From contig CAVUAK010000001.1 of the NCBI GenBank assembly GCA_963739455.1, positions 224,001-288,000 on the forward strand: 64,000 bases of DNA. Reading direction: 5' to 3'. The position numbers and the translations under genes are program-made. Positions 37,841-47,225 of the stretch are shown in pieces. Within the stretch, counting starts at the first letter, position 1. Each line of letters opens with the position of its first letter. The notes under the pieces were generated by a model. It was not told the origin of the DNA. It saw only the letters and a program-made list of their open reading frames with translations, and did no database searches. Origin of the DNA: an uncultured Gemmatimonadales bacterium (GTDB lineage Bacteria > Gemmatimonadota > Gemmatimonadetes > Gemmatimonadales > GWC2-71-9).

Positions 37841-40568
37841 ATGGCCGACAACTCGACCCCACCCGCCGCACTCGCCGCCAGCCTCGCCGACCGCTACCGG
37901 GTCGAGCGCGAGCTGGGCGCCGGCGGCATGGCCACCGTCTACCTCGCTGAAGACCTGAAGCACGGCCGCAAGGTCGCCATCAAGGTCCTCCACCCCGAAC
38001 TCAGTGCCGTCATCGGCGGCGAACGCTTCCTCGCCGAGATCAAGGTCACCGCCGACCTGCAGCACCCCCACATCCTCGGCCTTATCGACTCCGGGGCCGT
38101 TCCGTCTGAACTCTGAACTCTCGACCCCTGACCCGTCTGACGACTCACGACTGCCGACTGCCGGCTTGCTGTATTACGTCATGCCCTTCGTGTCGGGCGA
38201 GTCCCTCCGCGACCGCCTGACCCGCGAGAAACAGCTCCCCGTCGACGATGCGACCCGCCTCGCGAAGGAGGTCGCCTCTGCCCTCGACTATGCCCATCGC
38301 CAGGGCGTCGTCCACCGCGACATCAAGCCCGAGAACATCCTGCTGCAGGAAGGCTCGGCCCTCGTCGCCGACTTCGGCATCGCCCTCGCCGTCCAGCACG
38401 CCAGCGGCAGTCGCATGACCCAGACCGGCATGTCGCTCGGCACGCCCGTCCTATATGTCGCCCGAGCAGGCAATGGGCGAACGCGTCATCGGGCCGCGCA
38501 GCGATGTGTACGCCCTCGGCGCCATGACCTATGAGATGCTCGTCGGCGATCCGCCCTTCACCGGCAGCACGGTACAGTCGATCGTCGCCAAGGTGATGAC
38601 CGAGAAGCCGCTGCCGCCCTCGCGCATCCGCGACACGATCCCGCCAAACGTCGAGCACGCGGTGATGACGGCGCTGCAGAAGCTCCCCGCCGATCGCTTC
38701 TCCACCGCGAAGGACTTCGCTGACGCGCTCGAGGGCGGACGCTCCGGCACCTACGCCGCGACGGTGGTGACCGGCAAGCCTACCCGCCCTCCCCGCCCTC
38801 CCCGCCCTCCCCGCGCTTGCGGCGCGCCCTGGCGCTTGCAGGCACTCGGCGCCGCGGCGACGTTCCTCGGCATGCGCACGCGGCAGGCCGCGAGCACCGA
38901 GCGCCGCAAACTCTCCGCTTCACTCTCGGCCTCCCCCCGGACATCCGGATCGCGACCCCGATCACCAACCCGATCGCGATCTCACCCGACGGTGATCTGG
39001 TCGCATTCTCCGGACGGGCCGGCAACGGGCCGCTCCAGATCTTCATCCGACGCATGGACGAACTGGGCGTGGAGGCGATCCCGGGCACCGAGGGCGGCGA
39101 GCAGCCGTTCTTCTCGCCCGACGGCAAGTGGGTCGCGTACTCCGTCAAGCTCCAGCTAAGGAAGGTGGCGGTGACCGGCGGACCCTCGACCGTGCTGGCC
39201 GAGCTGCCCGGTGGCCGCCCGTCGGGTGGCGCATTCGTTCCGGATGGTCGCATTGTCGTCTCACGCGGAAACTCGCTCGCCATCATTCCGGCCGGCGGCG
39301 GCGCGGCGAGACTCCTCTCCGCGACCGACACCGCGACCGACCGCCTGCTGATGAATCCCAAGGTGCTCCCCGACGGCAAGACGGTGATCGTCACCCGCTG
39401 GCGTGGTTCGACGGTGTCGGCGGGCCTCTGGGTGGCCACGATCGGCGAGGGCAAGGCGACCGACCTGGAACTCCCCGGTACCTATGTGCTGGGCATGATC
39501 GACAGGCACCTCATCTATGACACACAGGCCGGCGTGTTGATGGCGGTTCCCTTCGACATGGCGAAGCGAAAGGTCACCGGACCGCCCGTGTCGTTGCTCG
39601 ATGGCATTGCGGTTGGCGCCAATGGCGCGGCCCAGGCCGCGATCTCGGAGAGCGGGACACTGGTCTACCAGACCGGTGCATTGCTCCGGCATGCCCTGAT
39701 CGTCGACCTCCATGGCGCGGTCGTGTCAAAGCTGCTCGACCCGGGCAAGTACGCCGTCCCCCGCTTCTCTCCCGACGGCAGTCGTATCGCCATAGGGCTG
39801 AACAACCAGGGAACCGCGGACATCTGGATGTATGACCTGCGCTCACAGACGCTCAGCCGTATCACGACGGAAGGCGACGTCAACGACCGCCCCGAGTGGA
39901 GCCCCGATGGCAAGCGCATCGTCTTCCGGTCCAATCGGGGCGGACCACTCGCGCTCTGGTCCCAGCCGGCCGACGGCACCGGGAAGGCCGAGTTGGTATT
40001 TCAGGATCCCAAGGCGGAGATCTGGGAAGGCGTGCCGACGCCTGACGGTGCAAGCATGATCTACCGCACCGGCACCATTGGCACGGCCGACATCTGGCTG
40101 CGGCGGTTGACCGGCGACACCACTCGGCATCCGCTCGCCACGACGCCCTTCACCGAATGGTCCGGCCGGCCGTCACCCGACGGCAAGTGGCTCGCCTACG
40201 AATCCATCGAGACAGGCGACTTCCAGGTCTACGTTCGTCCCATCGCCGAGGGCGGCGCCCGGCAGCAGGTATCGGTCGACGGCGGTGTCGAGCCAGTGTG
40301 GTCGCCTGACGGTACGACGCTCTACTACCGACACGATGACGAATTCCTGGCCGCTACCCTGACCACCACACCCAGCCTTGCCATCGTCCGGCGCGAGAGT
40401 CTCTTCAAGGGCGACTATCCGGTTACGACGGGCCACGCCAACTACGACATCGCGCCTGACGGAAAACGCCTCCTGCTGTTGCGATCGGTGCCCGACTCGG
40501 TCCACGCGATTGTGGTGCACAACTGGAGCACTGAAGTCCGCGCGAAGCTGGCGGCCGCCGGCAAATGA
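37841..40568 (+). CDS. Ser/Thr kinase K3 with TolB-like beta-propeller (frameshifts near 38100, 38450, 38815-38915)
   Basis: Kinase motifs are split across the ORFs at 37832, 38004 and 38455. Repeated SPDG/WSPDG (PD40) motifs occur in the 38817 ORF. Confidence 0.85.
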
Positions 40569-43249
40569 CAATGGACCGCCTCACTGCCTCCCTCGCCGAC
40601 CGCTACCGCATCGAACGCGAACTCGGCCAGGGCGGCATGGCCACCGTCTACCTCGCGCACGACCTCAAGCACGATCGCCCAGTCGCGATCAAGGTCCTCC
40701 GCCCCGAACTCGCTGCCGTCATCGGCGCCGAGCGTTTCCTGAGCGAAATCAAGACCACGGCGAACCTCCAGCACCCTCACATCCTGCCCCTGTTCGACAG
40801 CGGCATCGCCACCCTCGACCCACGACTCACGACTCCACGACCTCTCAACTGCTGCTTCTACGTCATGCCCTTCGTCGAGGGCGAGTCCCTCCGCGATCGA
40901 CTCATACGCGACAAGCAGCTCTCTATCACCGACGCCGTACGCATCGCCACGGAAGTCGCTGGCGCCCTCGACTACGCCCATCGTCGCGGCATCGTCCATC
41001 GCGACATCAAGCCCGAGAACATTCTGCTGCATGACGGCCGGGCCCTGGTTGCCGATTTCGGCATCGCCCTCGCCGCGAGCAAGGCGGGCGACAGTCGCAT
41101 GACCCAGACCGGCATGTCCCTCGGCACACCCGCCTACATGTCGCCCGAACAGGCCATGGGCGAGCGCGATATCGGCCCCCGCAGCGACATCTATGCGCTC
41201 GGCGCCATGACCTACGAGATGCTCGTCGGTGATCCGCCCTTCACCGGCAGCACCGTGCAGTCGATCGTCGCCAAGGTGATGACCGAGAAGCCGGTGCCGC
41301 CCACGCGCATCCGCGACACTGTGCCGCCCAATGTCGAGCACGCGGTGCTCACCGCACTGCAGAAGCTCCCCGCCGATCGCTTCGCCTCCGCGAAGGAGTT
41401 TGCCGACGCCTTGGCGGACAGTGGACGGTCAGGCAACTACGCGGCGACGGTCGCTACGGGGACAACCCGCCTTCCCCGCCCTCCCCGCCCTCCCCGCCTC
41501 GGACTGATCGCTGCGGTTGCACTCATCTCCACCGCCGCGGGCCTGGCGGGCTGGCTCATGCGCGGAAGCTCGCGCGCGGGTCCTGCCACCTACGACGCCG
41601 CCCTCCCCGACAGCGCCGCCATCACGTTCGGCGCGACGACGTCCACCAGCAGCTTCGGTGCTGCCCGTCGCAACCTGTCGATCTCGCCCAGGGGCGACTT
41701 CGCCGTGTACGCCTCGCGGAGTGGTGACTCGACCCAGTTCTGGTACAGGAGCCTGAAGGATGCGGCGTCGCATCCCATCAGCGGCACCGAGGGAGGTACC
41801 GGTCCAAGGATTTCTCCCGACGGATCCCGCATCGCGTACACCGCCGGCAATCGAGTCATGCTGATCCCCATTGCGGGAGGCACGCCCCGGATGCTGCTGG
41901 ACGCCCAGGTGCCCGACAGCCCGGAATGGATTTCCAATACCGAGCTTTTCCTGCCGCAGCGCACCGGAACCCGCTTCACCCTGCTCGACCCCGAGGGTGG
42001 CGTGACGCATACCGTGGATCAGGCACACCCCTGCCTCGTCGGGCACTGGATTCCTGAGTATCGCGAGGTGATCTGCTCTTACAACGGAACGGCATCGATT
42101 GTCGACCCGATCTCCCGCGAGGAGTGGAGCCTGCGCGTCGCCCGGCCCGATGGTTCGCCTGGGGCCAGCGTGGCCGGGTTCGGGTTCCGCGTCGTTGACG
42201 GAGCGTACGTCGTCTACATGTCGGTGGACGGCGTGCTCCGCGCTGCACCCTACGACCACAAGCGACACCTCGTCGGCCGGTCGGTCACGCTCGATGGCGG
42301 AGTTCGCGGTGAGGCGCTGGGCGATGCCCAGATCGACATGGCGCCCAGCGGTACGCTCGTATTCGCCCCGGGAGTGAACGCGGCGGTTGGACACGTGGTC
42401 CGGCTTCGACCAGGACAGGCCCCGGAGCCATTGGTCGCTGAGGCGGCCGCCTTCCAGCGTATCGATATCAGCCGCGACGGCCGCTGGCTCGCCGCCGCGG
42501 TACAGATGGCGGAGGGCCAGGAGCTGCGCATCTACGATCTGCGCGATGGACAGCGCAGCACCATGCTCAGCGCCGAACTGGTTCGCCAGCCGCTGTGGAG
42601 TCCCACCGGAGCCCAGCTCCTCGTGTCCCGGCGCGACTCCAGCCTGAGCTCGATACTGATGACCGTGCCCGGGTCCGGCCACAAGCCCGTCACCCTGCTG
42701 ACCGTCGAGGGCGCACCACTGGCGGTCGATCCGATCGACTATCCCGAGGAGCACACCGTCCTCCTGCAGGACTGGGGCGCCAACGTCACCCGCCGCTTCG
42801 ACCCAGCGATATCCCCGGCGCAATTCGACACCGTCCTCACGGCGGCGAGGTTTCCTTCCGTGGCACCGGATGGAAAGCACATCATCTATCAGGACGGTGG
42901 AGCATCGGGCGTTCTCGTCACCAGCTATCCCGTGGCCGGCCGGCGCTGGCAGGTCGCCGCTGACGGGGTCGAGCCGCTATGGCTTTCCTCCACCGAGATT
43001 CTCTGTCGCATCGGCGTCTCCTGGTACCTGACGCGCATCAACCCCGCGACTGGCGAACCGCTCGGGCCCGCGACGCTCTGGGGTCGTGACCCTCGCTTCA
43101 ACGACACTGCAGGATGGTCCAACCGCCCCGACTGGCACGGCGGCATCATCTATGTCCAGGGCCCGGCCGAAGTGAGCGCCAGCTTCCTGCGCGTCGTGCC
43201 CAACTGGGTGGCACAGATGAAGAACGCTGTCGCCGCAGCCAATCGCTAA
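40565..43249 (+). CDS. Ser/Thr kinase K4 with TM and TolB-like beta-propeller
   Basis: Complete ORF with [39 protein letters not shown] and ISPDG repeats. ATGA-coupled to K3. Confidence 0.9.
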   Translation: MTMDRLTASLADRYRIERELGQGGMATVYLAHDLKHDRPVAIKVLRPELAAVIGAERFLSEIKTTANLQHPHILPLFDSGIATLDPRLTTPRPLNCCFYVMPFVEGESLRDRLIRDKQLSITDAVRIATEVAGALDYAHRRGIVHRDIKPENILLHDGRALVADFGIALAASKAGDSRMTQTGMSLGTPAYMSPEQAMGERDIGPRSDIYALGAMTYEMLVGDPPFTGSTVQSIVAKVMTEKPVPPTRIRDTVPPNVEHAVLTALQKLPADRFASAKEFADALADSGRSGNYAATVATGTTRLPRPPRPPRLGLIAAVALISTAAGLAGWLMRGSSRAGPATYDAALPDSAAITFGATTSTSSFGAARRNLSISPRGDFAVYASRSGDSTQFWYRSLKDAASHPISGTEGGTGPRISPDGSRIAYTAGNRVMLIPIAGGTPRMLLDAQVPDSPEWISNTELFLPQRTGTRFTLLDPEGGVTHTVDQAHPCLVGHWIPEYREVICSYNGTASIVDPISREEWSLRVARPDGSPGASVAGFGFRVVDGAYVVYMSVDGVLRAAPYDHKRHLVGRSVTLDGGVRGEALGDAQIDMAPSGTLVFAPGVNAAVGHVVRLRPGQAPEPLVAEAAAFQRIDISRDGRWLAAAVQMAEGQELRIYDLRDGQRSTMLSAELVRQPLWSPTGAQLLVSRRDSSLSSILMTVPGSGHKPVTLLTVEGAPLAVDPIDYPEEHTVLLQDWGANVTRRFDPAISPAQFDTVLTAARFPSVAPDGKHIIYQDGGASGVLVTSYPVAGRRWQVAADGVEPLWLSSTEILCRIGVSWYLTRINPATGEPLGPATLWGRDPRFNDTAGWSNRPDWHGGIIYVQGPAEVSASFLRVVPNWVAQMKNAVAAANR

Positions 43250-43268
43250 GTCTTTGCCCATCAATACC

Positions 43269-43304
43269 TTGCTAAACTCACCATGAGCATATAGATTTCT
43301 ATAT
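43269..43304 (+). promoter_or_regulatory. Sigma-70-type promoter with overlapping palindromic operator for vapBC
   Basis: TTGCTA (43269), 17-bp spacer, TAGATT (43292). The palindrome ATATAGA-TT-TCTATAT at 43289-43304 covers the -10 element. Confidence 0.65.
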
Positions 43305-43322
43305 CACTTTCTGGACAGCTAG

Positions 43323-43574
43323 ATGGCCATCAGCATCAAGGACGCCGAAACCGACCGCCTCGCCCGCGCACTCGCCGCCGTTACCGGCGAGTCCCTCACC
43401 GAGGCAATCAGGCGCGCCCTCCACGAACGCCTCGAACGTGAGTCCCATCGCGCACGCCGCGGCATCGATGCAGAGGTCCGCCGAATCCAGGAGCGCGTCG
43501 CTCGCCTGCCAATAGTGGACTCCCGGCCCGCAAGCGAAATTCTGGGCTACGACGAGCACGGCCTGCCGCACTGA
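43323..43574 (+). CDS. vapB: VapB antitoxin (Rv0623-like)
   Basis: [29 protein letters not shown]...[10 protein letters not shown]. Confidence 0.9.
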   Translation: MAISIKDAETDRLARALAAVTGESLTEAIRRALHERLERESHRARRGIDAEVRRIQERVARLPIVDSRPASEILGYDEHGLPH

Positions 43575-43577
43575 ACC

Positions 43578-43970
43578 ATGGTCATTGATACCTCTGCCCT
43601 TGTGGCCATCCTGACACACGAGACGTCAGCCGATCGGCTCGTCGTGGCGCTTGAGGCCGATCGCACGCGCCTCGTGTCCGCGGCAACAGTGGTCGAGGCA
43701 TCGCTCGTCCTGCTCGGGCGCTACGGAGAGGCCGGCGAGGCTCAACTCGATCGATTACTGCGTGGCATCGGGGCGGAAGTCGTTCCGGTCGGGGAGGAAC
43801 AGGTCGTACTGGCACGCGATGCCGCGCTGCGCTTCGGGCGCAGCCGTCATCCGGCTGCGCTCAACTTCGGCGATTGCTTCAGCTACGCCCTCGCCGTCGC
43901 ACGGGACGAACCGCTCCTGTTCGTGGGTGACGATTTCTCGAAGACTGATGTCGAGGTCTGCTCCTGGTAG
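43578..43970 (+). CDS. vapC: VapC PIN-domain toxin
   Basis: MVIDTSALVAIL, LNFGDCFSYALA and LLFVGDDF motifs. Confidence 0.93.
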   Translation: MVIDTSALVAILTHETSADRLVVALEADRTRLVSAATVVEASLVLLGRYGEAGEAQLDRLLRGIGAEVVPVGEEQVVLARDAALRFGRSRHPAALNFGDCFSYALAVARDEPLLFVGDDFSKTDVEVCSW

Positions 43971-43972
43971 GC

Positions 43973-46240
43973 CTGAATGACGTTACGACCCGCCTCACCG
44001 CTGCCCTCGGCGACCGCTATCGCATCGAGCGCGAGCTCGGCCAGGGTGGCATGGCCACCGTCTATCTCGCCCACGACCTCAAGCACGACCGCAAGGTCGC
44101 CATCAAGGTCCTCCGGCCCGAGCTCGCCGCCTCACTCGGCGCTGATCGTTTCCTCTCCGAGATCCGGACAGTCGCCGCACTGAGCCACCCGAATATCCTG
44201 CCACTCTTCGACAGCGGCGTAGCCACCCTCGACCCTGAACGCTTAACTCCTGACTCTCAACTGTTGTTCTACGTCATGCCCTTCATCGAGGGCGAGACCC
44301 TCCGCGCCCGCATGACCCGCGAGAAGGCTCTCCCCGTCGACGAGGCCGTGCGCCTCACCCGCGAGATTGCCGACGCCCTCGCCTATGCCCACGCGCACGA
44401 CGTCATCCACCGCGACATCAAGCCGGAAAACATCCTGCTCCAGTCCGGCCATGCCGTGGTCGCCGATTTCGGTATTGCCCGCGCCGTGAGGACGGCCGGC
44501 GCCGAGCGCATGACGGAGGTGGGCCTGGCCATCGGCACGCCCGCCTACATGAGCCCGGAACAGTCGGCCGGTGAGCGCGACCTGGACGGCCGGAGCGATC
44601 TCTACGCCCTGGCCAGCGTGCTCTACGAGATGCTTGCCGGCGAGCCGCCGTTCACCGGCGCAACCGTCGAGGCCATCCTGGTCCAGCGCTTCACCCAGCC
44701 GCCCCCGAAGATCACGAAGAAGCGGCCCACCATTCCGCGCGCGATCGAGGCAGCCCTGTACACGGCGATGGCCCGCGCCCCCGAGGAGCGCTTCCCCACC
44801 GTCGAGCGGTTTGTTGCCTCACTTGAATCGAAGGAGACGTCGAGCACCGAGCTCGAGCGCTCCATTGCCGTGCTGCCCTTCGCCAACATGAGCGGCGATC
44901 CGGAGAACGAGTACTTCTCCGACGGCATCTCCGAGGAGATCATCAACGCCCTGACCCAGTTGCCGAAGCTTCGCGTCGCGGCACGGACGTCTGCCTTTTC
45001 CTTCAAGGGCAGGAACCTCGACCTCCGGAGCGTCGGCGAGCAGCTGAACGTCGCCACCGTGCTCGAGGGGAGCGTGCGGCGCGCCGGCGGACGGATCCGC
45101 ATCACCGCGCAGCTCGTCAATGTCGCCGACGGCTACCATCTCTGGTCCGAGCGCTACGACCGGGAGCTCACCGACATTTTCGCCATTCAGGATGAGATCG
45201 CCACTGCCATCGCCGGGAAGCTGAAGGTGACGCTCGGCGTGGGCAGCGAACGACAGCTGGTCCGTGCCCCTACCACGAACGTCGAGGCGTACGACCTCTA
45301 TCTCAAGGGACATGCCTTCGTGAAACAGCGGGGCCTCGCCCTGCTGCGCGCGGCGGATTGCCTCGAGCAGGCCATCGCACTCGATCCCGACTTCGCGCTC
45401 GCACACGCGGAACTCGCCGAGGCGCTGGTCCTGATGAGCCTGTATGGAATCGTCCTTCCTGCCGACATCCGCGACCGGGCGCGTCACGCCACCTCTCGCG
45501 CGCTGGAGCTCGATCCCGCCCTCGTCACCACCCAGATCGCGCTCGCCCTCTACTCCATCATCGTTGAGTTCGACCAGGCCGGGACGAAAGCGGCCTTCGC
45601 CCGCGCCATCGAGCTTGACCCTGCCGACATCGACGCCCGGACCTTCCAGGCGGCGTTCGACTTTTGCTACATTCGCGGCGAGCACGAACGCGCCGTCGCG
45701 CAACTCCTCGGCGTTGTCGAGTCGGATCCGCTGAGTGCAGTAGCACGCGGTCAGGCCGGTATCGTGCTCGCCTTCGCCGGAAGGCTCGACGAGGCGGAGG
45801 CACAGGCCCGGCGGGGCATCGCGCTCGACCCGGGCGCGTTCTACTCCCACTGGGCCCTGCTCCACGCCTTGATGCTGGGTTCCAGGCCAGCGGCTGGAGT
45901 GCAGGAAGGCCGCGCGATGCTGGCGCGTTTCGGCCGCCACCCGTGGCTCATGATGGGTGTCGCCTATGCCTGCGGAGCGGCGGGGCAGCCGGACAAGGCC
46001 GCGGCCATCTACGCCGAGCTCGAGGCTCGCTCCCGTGGCGAATACGTCCAGCCGGTGTCGCTCGCCGTCTCCGCCCTGGGAGCCGGCCGCCGGGATCTGG
46101 CGTTGCAGCATGTTCGCGAAGCCGGTCGCATCCGTGACCCCATGCTCGCAGCCACCGGTCTCCACGGCCCGATGTTCCCCTCGATCCGTAACGAACCGGA
46201 ATACATTGCCATCCTCGAAGAGCTTGGTTGGCACAACTGA
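43973..46240 (+). CDS. Ser/Thr kinase K5, cytoplasmic: kinase + TolB_N-like + TPR
   Basis: Homology extends upstream of the 44051 ATG to CTG-AAT-GAC at 43973. SIAVLPFANMSGDPENEYFSDG and TPRs follow, with no TM. Confidence 0.88.
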   Translation: MNDVTTRLTAALGDRYRIERELGQGGMATVYLAHDLKHDRKVAIKVLRPELAASLGADRFLSEIRTVAALSHPNILPLFDSGVATLDPERLTPDSQLLFYVMPFIEGETLRARMTREKALPVDEAVRLTREIADALAYAHAHDVIHRDIKPENILLQSGHAVVADFGIARAVRTAGAERMTEVGLAIGTPAYMSPEQSAGERDLDGRSDLYALASVLYEMLAGEPPFTGATVEAILVQRFTQPPPKITKKRPTIPRAIEAALYTAMARAPEERFPTVERFVASLESKETSSTELERSIAVLPFANMSGDPENEYFSDGISEEIINALTQLPKLRVAARTSAFSFKGRNLDLRSVGEQLNVATVLEGSVRRAGGRIRITAQLVNVADGYHLWSERYDRELTDIFAIQDEIATAIAGKLKVTLGVGSERQLVRAPTTNVEAYDLYLKGHAFVKQRGLALLRAADCLEQAIALDPDFALAHAELAEALVLMSLYGIVLPADIRDRARHATSRALELDPALVTTQIALALYSIIVEFDQAGTKAAFARAIELDPADIDARTFQAAFDFCYIRGEHERAVAQLLGVVESDPLSAVARGQAGIVLAFAGRLDEAEAQARRGIALDPGAFYSHWALLHALMLGSRPAAGVQEGRAMLARFGRHPWLMMGVAYACGAAGQPDKAAAIYAELEARSRGEYVQPVSLAVSALGAGRRDLALQHVREAGRIRDPMLAATGLHGPMFPSIRNEPEYIAILEELGWHN

Positions 46241-46280
46241 CGACTCCCTGACGACTGATGACTGCCGACTGATGACCGAC
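46237..46280. repeat. Degenerate GACTCAC/GACTGAC heptamer array, intergenic
   Basis: CTGACGACTCCCTGACGACTGATGACTGCCGACTGATGACCGAC runs from the K5 stop to the next start. Confidence 0.8.
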
Positions 46281-47225
46281 ATCCGTCCCATCACACTCGA
46301 CGAAATCCGCGCCGCGCGCACCCGCATCGCCGGCACCATCCTGCGCACGCCACTCGTCAAGCTCGAGCTCGGCCCCGGCTATCCCGACATCCGCCTCAAG
46401 CTCGAGAACCTGCAGCCCATCAACTCCTTCAAGCTTCGCGGTGCCGCCAACGCCGTTGCCCTGCTGACAGATGCCGAACGGAAGCTCGGCGTCTGGACCA
46501 TCAGTGCCGGCAACGCCGGCCAGGGTGTGGCGTATGCCGCGCGGCAGGCTGGAGTCCCCTGCACGGTCGTCGTCATCGAGACGGCGCCCGCCTCCAAGGT
46601 CGAGCGCATGAAGGCGCTCGGCGCCAAACTGGTGCTGGTGCCGTTCGCCGTCGCATGGAAGGCGCTCGAGGACCGCACCTATCCCGGCATCGAGGGCACC
46701 TTCGTGCACCCCTTCGATGACCACAACTTCATCGCCGGCAATGCCACGGTTGGTCTCGAGATTCTCGAGGACGTCCCCGATGTCGCCGTCGTCATCGCTG
46801 CCCTAGGCGGCGGCGGCCTCATCGCCGGCGCCGGCAGCGCAATCAGGCCGCTGCGCCCAGACGTCAGGATCCTCGCCGCCGAACCCGAGACGGCGGCGCC
46901 CATGTCGCTCTCACTCGAGAAGGGCTCGCCCCAGGCGTTTCCCGGCTGGCAGGCCTCCTTCATTGACGGCGCAGGTGGCAAGAGTGTCTTTCCGCGCATG
47001 TGGGAACGCATGCACGGCCTGCTCGACGGCAGCATTGTGGTCACCCTCGAGCAGGTGAAGGCCGCGGTCCGGCTCATGGCCGAGAAGTCCCGGGTCATCG
47101 CCGAGGGCGCCGGCGCCTTGCCGCTCGCCGCCGCACTCACCGGCAAGGCCGGTCCGGGCCCGATCGTGTGCATCGTCTCCGGTGGCAACATCGACCTCGA
47201 CAAGTTCGCCGAGTTCATCGCATGA
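46272..47225 (+). CDS. PLP-dependent threonine/serine dehydratase family protein
   Basis: LKLENLQPINSFKLRGA, SAGNAGQG, GGGGL and SGGN motifs. Confidence 0.9.
   Translation: MTDIRPITLDEIRAARTRIAGTILRTPLVKLELGPGYPDIRLKLENLQPINSFKLRGAANAVALLTDAERKLGVWTISAGNAGQGVAYAARQAGVPCTVVVIETAPASKVERMKALGAKLVLVPFAVAWKALEDRTYPGIEGTFVHPFDDHNFIAGNATVGLEILEDVPDVAVVIAALGGGGLIAGAGSAIRPLRPDVRILAAEPETAAPMSLSLEKGSPQAFPGWQASFIDGAGGKSVFPRMWERMHGLLDGSIVVTLEQVKAAVRLMAEKSRVIAEGAGALPLAAALTGKAGPGPIVCIVSGGNIDLDKFAEFIA

Noticed and set aside
38097..38169. In-frame stop in the K3 repeat insert as evidence of a phase-OFF state
   Set aside because: Removing one base restores the frame, like the other indels nearby. It cannot be distinguished from error without reads.
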